From positions 1,024,001 through 1,088,000 of the forward strand of contig CAWKHF010000012.1 in assembly GCA_963849325.1 (NCBI GenBank): a stretch of DNA of 64,000 nt, written 5' to 3'. The notes under the pieces were generated by a model, which was given only the letters and a program-made list of their open reading frames with translations, ran no database searches and was not told the DNA's origin. The position numbers and the translations under genes are program-made. The DNA comes from an uncultured Planctomycetota bacterium. GTDB taxonomy: Bacteria > Planctomycetota > Planctomycetia > Gemmatales > Gemmataceae. Positions 12,233 through 22,195 of the stretch are shown in pieces (the stretch's first letter is position 1; each line of letters starts with the position of its first letter).

Positions 12233-12372
12233 CGGCAAATCCTGCGGACGGAGGGAGGGTAGCGGCGTTCGGACGAGCGGCGGCAGCAGGGTGACATCCC
12301 CTTCTCGCCCGAACCGCCGACAATCATATGCGGAGCAGAGGCGACATCCGCCAGTGTTTTGCGCATCGACCG

Positions 12373-13227
12373 TCAGCGCCGTGGCGGCCCATTTCTCCTT
12401 CATGAAGCGCAGTCCCTTGCGTGTACACTTCCTCGGCGGCGGGGAACAGGTCGCGCCACACCTTCGTGGCGGCGGCCAGGTCCGGCAGCGCACGGCCGAA
12501 CGCCTCGATCACCATCCAGCCGTCGTAGCCGACCTGCCGCAAGGCGCGGAACGTCTCGTCCCAGGCGACGTGGCCGGTGCCCGGCGTGCCGCGGTCGTTC
12601 TCGCTGATGTGGACGTGGACGAAGCTGTCGGCGATGCTGGTGATGACGGCGGCGGCGTGCTTCTCCTCGATGTTGGCGTGGAAGGTGTCGTACATCATGC
12701 GGAAGTGCGGATGATCGACGGCCTTGACCAGGGCGCGGGCGTCGGCGGCGGTCGTCAGGAAATAGCACTCGAAGCGATTGAGGTACTCGATGGCCAGCAT
12801 GACCTTCGCCTTCTTGCGCCTCCTCGGCGGCCTGGCGCAGCACCTCGACGGCCCGCTTCTTCTCGTCGGCGGTCGGGCCGGCGCCGGAGAAGACGCCGAG
12901 CGGCGAGTGATAGGGCCCGCACAGGATTCTCGCCGCCGAGCGTGGCCGTCATCTCGATGGCCCATTTCATGTGATCGAGGCCCGCTTGCCGCAGTCCCGG
13001 GTCGGGGCTGATGGGATTGGCGGCCTGCGTGGCAGCAACAGACGGTCGTGCAGCCCAGGCCGTGGTTGTCCAGCTCCTTGCGGATGGATCTTGTAGTGGG
13101 TGGCGTCGCCGGCGAAGAGGGGCAGTTCGACGCCGTCGTAGCCGGCCTTCTTGAGCTTGGCGAACAGCGGGAAGTGTTCCTCGGTGACGTGCGTGGTCCA
13201 GAGGAGCAGGTTCATGCCGGTTTTCAT
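12373..13227 (-). CDS. Sugar isomerase/epimerase, D-tagatose 3-epimerase-like TIM barrel, frameshifted
   Basis: GYDGVELP, LAIEYLNRFE, YDTFHANIEE, HVHISENDRG, MVIEAF. 3' end approximate. Confidence 0.85.
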
Positions 13228-13355
13228 CGGATGTGCGTCTCCGTGGCGAGAAAGTCGGTGCGTTGACGGAATGTCGAGTATTGTCCGGCAGGCGTTCTTG
13301 CTTGGCAAGCATGCTTTTGGGGATTACCATCGGGGCATCGTTTCGGCCTCTCGAC

Positions 13356-13664
13356 TCACCGTCGGCCGCGACAACCCGGACCTGTCTTCGCCTCTTGTTT
13401 TTCGGTGATGTGGCCGCCCTTCTCCTTCAGGGCGGAAACCCGCTCGGCGTTGATCTGGAGGTACTGCTCCCACGCGCCGGGAACATTCGTGTCATGGAAA
13501 ATGGCCTCCACCGGGCATTCGGGAACACAGGCCTCGCAATCGATGCACTCTCCCGGATCAATGTAAAGTTGCTGCTCATCTTGGTAGAAGCACTCACAGG
13601 GGCAGACGACCACGCAGTCCGTGTACTTGCAGCCGCGGCACGGCTCGCAAACGACGTAGGTCAT
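13356..13664 (-). CDS. Dicluster (7Fe, FdxA-type) ferredoxin
   Basis: CKYTDCVVVCP and CIDCEACVPECP. AAGGAG RBS. Confidence 0.93.
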   Translation of the reverse strand: MTYVVCEPCRGCKYTDCVVVCPCECFYQDEQQLYIDPGECIDCEACVPECPVEAIFHDTNVPGAWEQYLQINAERVSALKEKGGHITEKQEAKTGPGCRGRR

Positions 13665-13707
13665 GGGGTCTCCTTTTCATCAGGGTATTCGGAACGCCCC
13701 CCTCCTT

Positions 13708-13723
13708 TGCGAGCCGCATGCCG
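13708..13723 (-). promoter_or_regulatory. Candidate sigma54 -24/-12 promoter of the ferredoxin
   Basis: Minus strand CGGCATGCGGCTCGCA = GG-N10-GC, 44 bp upstream of the ATG. Confidence 0.45.
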
Positions 13724-13911
13724 CGTTGCTCGCCGCCTCACACTTGTGCTCGAACCTCTGTGGGTGAATCCAGTTGCGTCGATCCGGCGCCGACATCGCC
13801 GAGGGCGTGAAGCGGACAAGGCCGACCAAATGTGGTCACTTCGACCAAGAGAAGTCACGCGGAGAGGGCCGAGAAGCGAGGGGCTGACGAGGGGACCATC
13901 GGCCCATCCGA

Positions 13912-15003
13912 TCATTCCGAACGGGGCGAAGAAGTGCGTCGAACGATCTGATGCTTGCGCATCTTTCCGTACAGCGTAGTGGGCCGCAATCCCAGGGCTG
14001 CGGCGGCGCCGCCCGGCCCGTATATCTTGCCCTGGCAGCGTTCTAGCGCGTCCAGGATGGCACGCCGCTCCACCTCGGCCAGGCCCGAACGAAGTCTGCC
14101 CGGAGACCGCCGTCCCTCGCTTTGGTCGGAGCCAGTTCGGATCGACCTCCAAGGTGTCGCCGTCGGTGACGATCATGGCCCGTTCGACAAAGTTCTCCAA
14201 CTCGCGCACGTTCCCCGGCCAGGGATACTCCATCAGGAGGGTCCGTGTCGCGGGACTGACGGTCGTAACGGTCTTGCCCATCCGCCGGCCGAAGGAGTGC
14301 AGGAAGTGCCGGACCAGGTCGAAGATGTCTTCGCGGCGGTCGCGGAGCGGTGGGACATGAATGGGAAACACGTTCAGGCGAAAGAACAGGTCGGCTCGAA
14401 AGCGCCCCTCGCTCATGGCGACTGTCAGGTCTCGATGCGTGGCCGCGATGAAGCGCACGTCCACGGGCAGAGACTTGGTGTCGCCAACTCGTTCGATGGC
14501 GCGCTCCTGCAAGACTCGCAGGAGCATCACCTGGACCTGCGGCGGCAATTCACCGACTTCATCGAGAAAGATTGTCCCCTGATTCGCCAGCTCCAAGCGG
14601 CCGATGCGGCGGCGCACGCCCCGGTGAAGGCTCCAGGCTCGTGCCCGAATAACTCGCTGGCGATGACACCTGGGGCCAGGGCGGCGCAGTTGACGGCCAC
14701 CAGGAGACGATCTCGGCGGGAGCTGAGTTGGTGGATGGCACGGGCGACTAATTCTTTCCCCGTGCCGGTTTCGCCGCAGACCAGGACCGTGCTGTCCGTG
14801 CGGGCAACCTGCTGGACGGCGAGACGAACGGCCTTCATCGGTCGGCTCTCGCCGGTCAGCAAGCGGAGGTCGCGCTCCGCCCGAGACTCGTCGCGCAGGT
14901 AGGCCGTTTCGTGACGGAGCCGCTCCAGTTCCGTCACGCGCGCTTCGAGCTCGGCGATGCGCGCGTCGCGTTCTCGGCACCCGTCGCACAGAGGCACTTG
15001 CAT
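13912..15003 (-). CDS. Sigma54 enhancer-binding protein lacking a standard sensor domain, frameshifted
   Basis: [45 protein letters not shown]-terminus is only CDGC plus a coiled coil. Confidence 0.88.
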
Positions 15004-15377
15004 GCTCCCATGCTAGCAACTCCTCCCGCGGCCACGCTGCGCCGGATGCCTCGACGGAACGCGCTCCCCCACATGGGCGCAAAGATACGCCAACGCGCGT
15101 GAACACCAAGGGACGAGTGCTTTCGGCCCGCCTTGACGGCGAGCGGCCAAGGGCTACTCGCTGTTCCGCGAGAACAACGGAAGGCCCATCGCCCGCCTCG
15201 CCCGACCGGCAAGAGCGATCGGGCCGAGGTCATGTGGAGGAGCCATCGCGACAAGTGTGACCAGATCGGCGAGAACGTCACGTCGATTGCTCGGCTAGAC
15301 CCTATTCGGGTAGGATGAATAAGACAGGGATGGGGGATTGAGGGAGTCGGCCTCAGGGATGGCAGGGAGCCAATGCG

Positions 15378-15707
15378 GTGGCGGAACGGATCCCCGACGA
15401 AGCGGTGGTGGTTCGAGGCGGGCGCAATCTCCCCGCCGACGTGCGACGCGGAATCCAAACCCATCCCAGTGGTGTAACGGGCATATCCGTCGAATGCGCG
15501 GAGGGGATAGCCGTGGCGGAACTGGCAGCCGCCATCCCCCACGGTCAGATGGGAGTAACGACCGTGGGGGCGATTCGAGCGGCAGGTGGAGACGTGGTGC
15601 GAACCTCCGGCCGCAGTCCGCATCACGCCACCTTGATTGGACTGAGTCCCGAAGAGGCGAGCCGCTTGTTGACGCCGACCATTCCCAATCCCGCCAAGAC
15701 GCCCTGA
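15378..15707 (+). CDS. Small protein, putative stand-alone toxin domain
   Basis: GTG start with GGGAG RBS. VVRGG, GISV, IPHGQMGVTTVG, HATL pattern. Confidence 0.65.
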   Translation: MAERIPDEAVVVRGGRNLPADVRRGIQTHPSGVTGISVECAEGIAVAELAAAIPHGQMGVTTVGAIRAAGGDVVRTSGRSPHHATLIGLSPEEASRLLTPTIPNPAKTP

Positions 15708-15723
15708 CGAAAGGAGAGTCAGC

Positions 15724-16044
15724 ATGGGTACGCCGAAAATCTACGCGGACTTCCACAATGCCGATTCTCAGGGCCGCCTGCGGTTGAATTGCATGGGCAC
15801 CGTGGAGGATCTGGCACGACAGAAGCTCGAATTGCGCGACGGCTTGCTCCTGACCTTGTACACGGACGACCTGGACGACCGGGGGCAACTGGATGAACTG
15901 CTCGTCGAGGGTGTCGTGTCCTTCGCGGAAGAAGAACACTGCTGGGTCGCGGCCATCGATTGGTCCGCGATCCGTCACGCCTCGGATGGTCAGGTTCTCA
16001 GGGCCAACGGAGCCTCAGGTTCCTCCTCCGCATCATCCGTCTGA
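15724..16044 (+). CDS. Small acidic protein, putative immunity/antitoxin
   Basis: AAGGAG RBS, 16 bp after the previous stop. Asp/Glu-rich. Confidence 0.65.
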   Translation: MGTPKIYADFHNADSQGRLRLNCMGTVEDLARQKLELRDGLLLTLYTDDLDDRGQLDELLVEGVVSFAEEEHCWVAAIDWSAIRHASDGQVLRANGASGSSSASSV

Positions 16045-16146
16045 GCGGCCAACAGTTAAACATTGATGTGGACGAATATTCCATCGCCCAACCGGATCGT
16101 ATCCTCGGCATCCTGATGCACTGTTGCGGCCAGACGGGATGATTTT

Positions 16147-17010
16147 ATGGAACAGATCAACGCGCGTTCCATCTTCAGCCCGGCGACCGGCTTCATCCGT
16201 CGCGGCGGCTTCGACTGGACGTGCAACCCCTATGTCGGATGCACCTATGGCTGCATCTATTGTTATGCGATGTTCCTGCCGCAGAATCGCCGGCCGCGCG
16301 AGGACTGGGGCAAGTGGTTTCAAGCGAAGATCAACGCCCTGGAACTGGCCCGCAAGCAGGCGCCGAAGGTCGCCGGCCAGGCCGTCTACCTCTCCAGCGT
16401 CACCGATCCGTACCTGCCGGCCGAGCGCGGCCTGGGCCTGACGCGCGGCATCCTCGAAGCCTTGGTTCCCTATCAACCGCGTCTCTTGGTCCAGACGCGC
16501 GGTCCTCTGGTGGTGCGCGATCTCGACGTGCTGAGGCGCTTCCGTTCGCTCCGTGTGAATGTGTCGATCCCGACCGACAGCGAGGAAGTGCGCCGAGCGT
16601 TCGAGCCGAAGGCGCCGCCGCTGGAGCGACGCTGGCAGGCGCTGGCCGAGGTGAAAGCGGCCGGCGTGGCGACCGGCATTTGCGTGACGCCGATGCTGCC
16701 ACTGGCGGACCCCGAAGCGTTCGTCCGGCGCATCGTCGAGTTCGCGCCGGACGTGCTGGTGACACAGCACTTCCACGATTCGGGCGGCGGCTTCGGCGCC
16801 GACACCGGCGCGGCGGCTCGGCAACTGCTTGCGGAGTGCCACTGGAGTGAGGAGAACTACCGGCGCTGCGTCGAGATGCTGCGGCGACAGCGGCAAGTTT
16901 ACGAGGCGGAAGCCGGCTTCTTCCCGCCCGGTGCGCGCGAAGCGAGCATTGATTATTCCTCGCCCCAATCCCACACTTCGCGGCTCGACCAGACGCGAAG
17001 CATCTCCTGA
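16147..17010 (+). CDS. Radical SAM protein, SplB/Rv2578c-like
   Basis: NPYVGCTYGCIYCYA (CxxxCxxC), SSVTDPY, FEPKAP. Confidence 0.88.
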   Translation: MEQINARSIFSPATGFIRRGGFDWTCNPYVGCTYGCIYCYAMFLPQNRRPREDWGKWFQAKINALELARKQAPKVAGQAVYLSSVTDPYLPAERGLGLTRGILEALVPYQPRLLVQTRGPLVVRDLDVLRRFRSLRVNVSIPTDSEEVRRAFEPKAPPLERRWQALAEVKAAGVATGICVTPMLPLADPEAFVRRIVEFAPDVLVTQHFHDSGGGFGADTGAAARQLLAECHWSEENYRRCVEMLRRQRQVYEAEAGFFPPGAREASIDYSSPQSHTSRLDQTRSIS

Positions 17011-18158
17011 TATTTCCTGGCATCGACGGCCACGTCCAGATAAACGTGTCGATCGCGGCGAGTAAAACGGAACCGCCCGACTTCGGCTTGATCAACGTCC
17101 GGACCCAGGGCGGCGGATTGGGCTGCCGGCACCTGCTCCCAGCGACTGGCTTCTTCAAGGAAATGAGCCAAGCGAACGCGGGCTTCCTCGGCGGAGCCGA
17201 AGGCCAGCACGCAAGGGGCGCGGTTGCCCCAAATTTCCGTGCGCCGCTCCGGATGGCCCAGCAAGAAAAGATACTCCAGGCCAAGAGGAATTTCGGCGGG
17301 GACCAGCCAGTTGGGGACCGGTTCCGGGGCCTCGCGGGGCGTGCGCGCGAAATGCCGTTTCCACTGCGTCCGAAAGAGATCGTCCACGTCCACGGTAATG
17401 TCCGGGGCCACGGCCATGCGGAACTTGTCGCCGGTGCCGTGCGTCGCGGCGAGGCGGTAATCCGCACCTGTTAACTCGAAGATTTCTACTGTCTCGACTT
17501 CCGGATCGAGCAACCAGAGGTGCGGTACGCCCGCGCGGCGATAGAGGTTTCGTCGCATGCCGCGATCGACCTCGCGGGTCGCCGGCGACAGGACTTCCGC
17601 AATCAGGTCCGGTATGCCGTGGAAATAGTCGTCGAGCAGACACTTCTCCGGATCGATCCGGAAATAAAATTGGTCGGGCGCGACGTTCGTTGTTTCCGAA
17701 AGGGAAATGTCCACACGCCCCGAGTGAATTCCTCCGTGGCGCTGGCACACGTCGCCCAGCAAACTCCACAGGTTGATTTGAACGTCGTAATGCCGTTGAC
17801 GATCCTCCCAGCCCGTTTCCTGCCCGATCGGCTGCCCACTCCAGAGATCGCGCCGCCAGAAGGAACGGTCAAACGTCAGGAAGGCGTCGAAGTCGAAGGG
17901 GACCCGCAAATCGATGGGCAGGGGATAGAGGGTTAGCTGAAAGCCTTGCACTTCCGTGCGCCATTGCTTCGGGGCCTTGTGGATGGCCGGAGTTGTTCGG
18001 ACTCCCTTCCAATGGCGGAGCGTATCGCTCCACTCCGCGAAATGGGCCTCGGCTTGCTCCCGGCTACGGAACGGAAAGGCGCAGCGCGAGCGGCCGTCGA
18101 TGAGTTCCAGCTTGTTGTTCGGGACGCCGAAAAGCAGAGCGTATTCCAATCCCCACAT
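16953..18158 (-). CDS. Extended Uma2-family endonuclease with a duplicated flanking domain
   Basis: AAGGAGG RBS before MWGLEY. Core VAPD..PDLIAEVLSP..YRRAGVPHLWLLDP. Confidence 0.8.
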   Translation of the reverse strand: MWGLEYALLFGVPNNKLELIDGRSRCAFPFRSREQAEAHFAEWSDTLRHWKGVRTTPAIHKAPKQWRTEVQGFQLTLYPLPIDLRVPFDFDAFLTFDRSFWRRDLWSGQPIGQETGWEDRQRHYDVQINLWSLLGDVCQRHGGIHSGRVDISLSETTNVAPDQFYFRIDPEKCLLDDYFHGIPDLIAEVLSPATREVDRGMRRNLYRRAGVPHLWLLDPEVETVEIFELTGADYRLAATHGTGDKFRMAVAPDITVDVDDLFRTQWKRHFARTPREAPEPVPNWLVPAEIPLGLEYLFLLGHPERRTEIWGNRAPCVLAFGSAEEARVRLAHFLEEASRWEQVPAAQSAALGPDVDQAEVGRFRFTRRDRHVYLDVAVDARKYQEMLRVWSSREVWDWGEE

Positions 18159-18282
18159 GCGACGATCCTCCTTCACCTTGCCCCGCTCCAATGCCTGGAG
18201 CGGGCGGCATCGCTTGTCATCCCTGTCGTACGCTAACCCATTTTTGCTCGTGCGCTGATTCCACCCGTATTGGGGGAGATGC

Positions 18283-18867
18283 TCAGTTGCCCTGCTCCAC
18301 GCCAGGCGGCGGCAGAGTGAAGTCGCCGACGCGGCTGCGGAAACCAGGGATCACGTCCTCGCCGCTGATCTCGTCGTTTTCCCGGAGAATGGTGCCCGTC
18401 TCGGCCGCGCGGTGGATTTTAACCGTTCGCTGCTCGGGGTTGACCACCCAGACAAGAGGGACGCCCGCATCGAGAAACTCGCGCACCTTTTCGTCGGTCT
18501 CATAGGTAGTATCGTTGGGCGATACCACCTCGACGGCGAGATCGGGCGCGATCGGGCCATGTCCTTCCGTGGTCGCTTGCGCCAGCGATAACCGATGGAG
18601 ACGAATGAAAGAAACGTCCGGTTTGCGAATTCTGTCCGGGAGCGCCGGGAAGCACCGGTAGCTCGTCCCTTCGGGAAAGACCCAGCCCAGCCGTTTATCC
18701 CGACAAAACAGATCGAGCATACGGAAAATAACCCCCGCGACGTAGCTGGACCAAATGCTCGTCTTGCGCTCCACCAAGCGGCCATCGACCAACTCATAAA
18801 GCTTGCCGTCCGGCATGGTCAGCAAGTCTTCCGGGGTGTAGCGTTTTTCGCTGGCAACGGTAATCAT
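18283..18867 (-). CDS. Uma2-family endonuclease
   Basis: YELVDG, RKPDVSF, APDLAVEVVSP, K..FLDAGVPLVWVVNP. Confidence 0.92.
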   Translation of the reverse strand: MITVASEKRYTPEDLLTMPDGKLYELVDGRLVERKTSIWSSYVAGVIFRMLDLFCRDKRLGWVFPEGTSYRCFPALPDRIRKPDVSFIRLHRLSLAQATTEGHGPIAPDLAVEVVSPNDTTYETDEKVREFLDAGVPLVWVVNPEQRTVKIHRAAETGTILRENDEISGEDVIPGFRSRVGDFTLPPPGVEQGN

Positions 18868-18890
18868 GTCATCCGCCTTTCCGGGAAATC

Positions 18891-20034
18891 TTACATCTCC
18901 TTCACTCGAATCCACTTTTGATCGGCCGCCGACTGGAGAATCGCATCGAGTACCAGCTGCGTGCGGTAAGCATCGCGGAAGTCCGGCATCGCCGGCTTGC
19001 CCGTCTCGATCCCCTTGAGGAAATCGGCCACCTGATGCACGAAACTGTGTTCGTAGCCGATCTGCAAACCTGGCACCCACCAGTTGCCCATGTACGGATG
19101 ATCGCTGTCGCTGACGTGAATCGAGCGCCAGCCGCGGACGACGCCCTGGTCGCGGTGGTCAAAGTATTGCAGTCGATGAAGGTCGTGCAAGTCCCAGAAG
19201 ATCGACGCATGTTCGCCGTTGATCTCGAAGGTGTACAGCGCCTTGTGGCCGCGAGCGTAACGGGTGGACTCGAACGAGGCCAGCGAGCCGTTGTGGAAAC
19301 GGCCCATGAAAATGGCGGCGTCATCGATGCCGACCTTCTCGACCTTGCCCGTCAGGTTGTGCTTGCGCTCCTTGACGAACGTCTCGGTCATGGCGTTGAC
19401 GCTGTCGAGCTGGCCGTTGAGCCACAGGGCCGTGTCGATGCAGTGGGCGAGCAGATCGCCGGTGACGCCGCTGCCGGCGGCGGCCACGTCCAGGCGCCAC
19501 AGCGCCTGCGCCGCCCTGCGGCAGTTCGGGGTTGATCGTCCAGTCTTGCAGGAACTTGGCGCGATAGTGGAAGATACGGCCGAGCCGGCCGTCGTCGATC
19601 AGCTGCTTCGCCAACGTCACCGCCGGTACGCGGCGATAGTTGTACCACACCATGTTCGGCACTTTGGCCTTTTCGACCGCCTCGACCATTTGCAGCCCTT
19701 CGGGTCCGGTCATGGCCAGGGGCTTTTCGCACAGGATCATCTTGCCCGCCTTCGCGGCGGCGACGGCGATCTCGGCGTGCGTGTTGTTGGGCGTGCAGAT
19801 GTCGATGACGTCGATGTCCTTGCGTTCGATCAGCTTTCGCCAGTCGGTTTCGACCGATTCATAGCCCCAGGTGTCGGCGAACGTCTTGGCCTTGTCGGCG
19901 CTGCGGGCGCAGATGGCCTTGAGGATGGGCCGATGTTGCAGGTCGAAAAAGTGGTTGACCGTGGCGTAGGCGTTGGAGTGGGCCTTCCCCATGAAGCCGT
20001 AGCCGATCATGCCGACGTTCAGCGGTTTGGTCAT
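18891..20034 (-). CDS. Gfo/Idh/MocA oxidoreductase, frameshift near 19510
   Basis: [34 protein letters not shown]. Confidence 0.92.
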
Positions 20035-20966
20035 CGTGATGGTCCCTGATGCTTGTTGGTTTTGGATGGCGATTCTCGGGCGGCGGCGAAGTGATCGTAA
20101 ACCTCCTTCGCCACGCGGGCGCACAGCCGATTGCCGGCGTTGTCCGCGAGCCAGCGCCGGTCCTTGTTGTTGGTCGTCAGCACGCACACGGCGACGATGC
20201 CGCCGGGCGTGTGGATCAGGCCGGCGTCGGTGCGCGTGTCGCTGGTGGAGCCATCCTTGTGGGCCACGAACACACCCGCCGGCAGCAGATGCTTGAATTT
20301 GTCCTTGTCGGCGTTCTTGCTCAGGTGATGAAGCATCATCTGCTTGAAGACTGGACAATTACGCTCTCCGATCTGCAATTCTTCCAGCAGCCCCACCATC
20401 TCGCGGGCCGTGGTCGAGCCGAGTCCGTAGCGGCGCGTGCGAACCGGATCGACGGACGTGGTCGAGCCGCGATACACCTTGGCGTTGATCCGGGTATTGG
20501 GGAAGCCCCACGCCTCCATGCGCTTATTGACGGCGGCGATGCCGGTGTGATCGAGTACGAGGTTGGTCGCCGTGTTGTCCGAGAAGGCGATCATCAGCCG
20601 CGCCGCGTCGCGCAGCGAGAAGTCGGCGCCGTCGCTGAAGTGCTCCGTGAGGATGCCGCTGCCGGGTACCTTGTCGGCGGCGCGGAGCGTGACGCGGTCG
20701 GTCAGCTTGAGCTTGTCCTCCTGGACCTGCTGATACAGCTCAATTAACACGGCGACCTTGATGAGGCTGGCCGTCGGCATGACCTCGTCGGCACGGAGAT
20801 AGTAGCTTTCGCCGGTCTCCAGGTTCTTAACGGCGAGGGCGACCTTTCCCTTGTGTGCCTCGGCCAGCGGGGCCAAGCGCGCCTCCAAGGAAGAAGACTC
20901 ACCACACAGACACAGAGGACACAGAGAAACCAGCAAGGCAAAAGCCAGCGCCCATCGAGCGATCAT
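20031..20966 (-). CDS. Serine hydrolase, class A beta-lactamase-like
   Basis: SxxK (ASLIK), SDN, third motif HKDG. Signal peptide. Confidence 0.85.
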   Translation of the reverse strand: MIARWALAFALLVSLCPLCLCGESSSLEARLAPLAEAHKGKVALAVKNLETGESYYLRADEVMPTASLIKVAVLIELYQQVQEDKLKLTDRVTLRAADKVPGSGILTEHFSDGADFSLRDAARLMIAFSDNTATNLVLDHTGIAAVNKRMEAWGFPNTRINAKVYRGSTTSVDPVRTRRYGLGSTTAREMVGLLEELQIGERNCPVFKQMMLHHLSKNADKDKFKHLLPAGVFVAHKDGSTSDTRTDAGLIHTPGGIVAVCVLTTNNKDRRWLADNAGNRLCARVAKEVYDHFAAARESPSKTNKHQGPSR

Positions 20967-21023
20967 TGCAGAACATCCTTTCTCTTCTTCTTTCTTCTCG
21001 GTGCTTTCTGTGTCTTTGTGGCT
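20899..21023. repeat. Family F inverted repeat (ACCACAnAGACACAnAG) straddling the hydrolase start
   Basis: Arm TCACCACACAGACACAGAGGACACAGAGAA at 20899 and arm TTCTCGGTGCTTTCTGTGTCTTTGTGG at 20995. Confidence 0.7.
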
Positions 21024-21041
21024 AAAGGCACGCATCCAATA

Positions 21042-21145
21042 CCATTTTGACCACGGATAACACGGATTACACGGATAAAACAAAAGAAGTCTTCTGGTTG
21101 TCTTTATCCGTGTTATCCGTGTTATCCGTGGTTCCAAGTGCATTT
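21042..21145. repeat. Family E element, copy 2
   Basis: 3+3 CACGGATAA units with the same spacer start and flanks as 212-331. Confidence 0.9.
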
Positions 21146-21168
21146 GGTTCGTGGCCCTTCGTCATTCT

Positions 21169-22097
21169 TCACGAGGCATATTTTTTGCGCATCTTGTCGA
21201 GGAACTGCTTGCTGTCGGCGGTCACGTCCCAGGCGTTGGGCCAGAAGCACAGATCGACGCACCACCAATCGTTGGGCACGCCCGCATCGTTCAGCGCCGG
21301 CAGCAGCTTGTCGAAGTCCAGCGCGCCGGTGCCGAACGGGTTGTGCGTGCTCGTCTTGTGCTCGTTGAGCGAGCCGTCCGAGTCGATCAGGTGGACGTGG
21401 GTTATCTTGCCCTTGAGCTTGTCCAGCAGCTCCAGCGCGCCGCCGGGCAGCGTCTCCTTGCCGCCCGGCTGGTTGGCGCCGACGGCGGCGCACATGTGGG
21501 CGTGGCAGGTGTCGTAGAGCACGCCGAAGTTCGCGTTGCCCTTGGCCCGCACGCCCTCGACGATTTGCAGCACTTCCGACGGCTTGTTGAACACGAAGCC
21601 CGGCTCGAACTCCCAGGTGATGTCTCATGCCGTGGTCGGCCGCGATCTTGCTGCACTTGTCCCAGACGTTGATGAGCCGCTCCATGCCGACCTTCGGGTC
21701 CATCTTCGACGTCTGGAAGAAGTCGGGCGGCTCGACGGTATCGACGCGGATGGTCTTGATGCCCAGGTCGGAGGCGAAGACGGTGTAGCCGAGGAACGCC
21801 GCCATGTAGGGCAGCGGGTTCTCGTCGAGGATCGACGGCCCCGGCTTCTTGAAGCTCCACAGGTCGACGGCGATGCCGGAGAACTCCAGGCCGTGGTCGG
21901 CGACTTCCTTTTTCAGCGCCTGCCGCGATCGCCTTGGTCGGGTGCGAGAACGGCGTCGGGTGGACGCCGAAGCTGCCCAGTTCGACGCCGTCGTAGCCGA
22001 GGTGTTGCAGCTTGTGCAGGATCTCGTGGAAGTCGTTGGTCGGCTTCTCCTGGTTGAAGATGTACGCCCAGCTGCCGATCGAAAGTTTCTTCTTCAT
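21169..22097 (-). CDS. Sugar phosphate isomerase/epimerase (TIM barrel), frameshifted
   Basis: GYDGVELG, WEFEPGF, LYDTCHAH, HVHLIDSDG. Confidence 0.85.
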
Positions 22098-22120
22098 GTG
22101 AAAAGTCCTCCAAAACCAAT

Positions 22121-22193
22121 TCACCACAAAGACACAAAGGACACAAAGAAGAATTCTTATGTATTCTTCATGTCCTTTGTGTCTTTGTGGTGA
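22121..22193. repeat. Family F inverted repeat
   Basis: TCACCACAAAGACACAAAGGACA...TGTCCTTTGTGTCTTTGTGGTGA. Confidence 0.88.
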
Positions 22194-22195
22194 CT

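Noticed and set aside
14920-15003. IS66 element at the activator N-terminus
   Set aside because: Only a short resemblance. No transposase core, accessory genes or terminal inverted repeats were seen.
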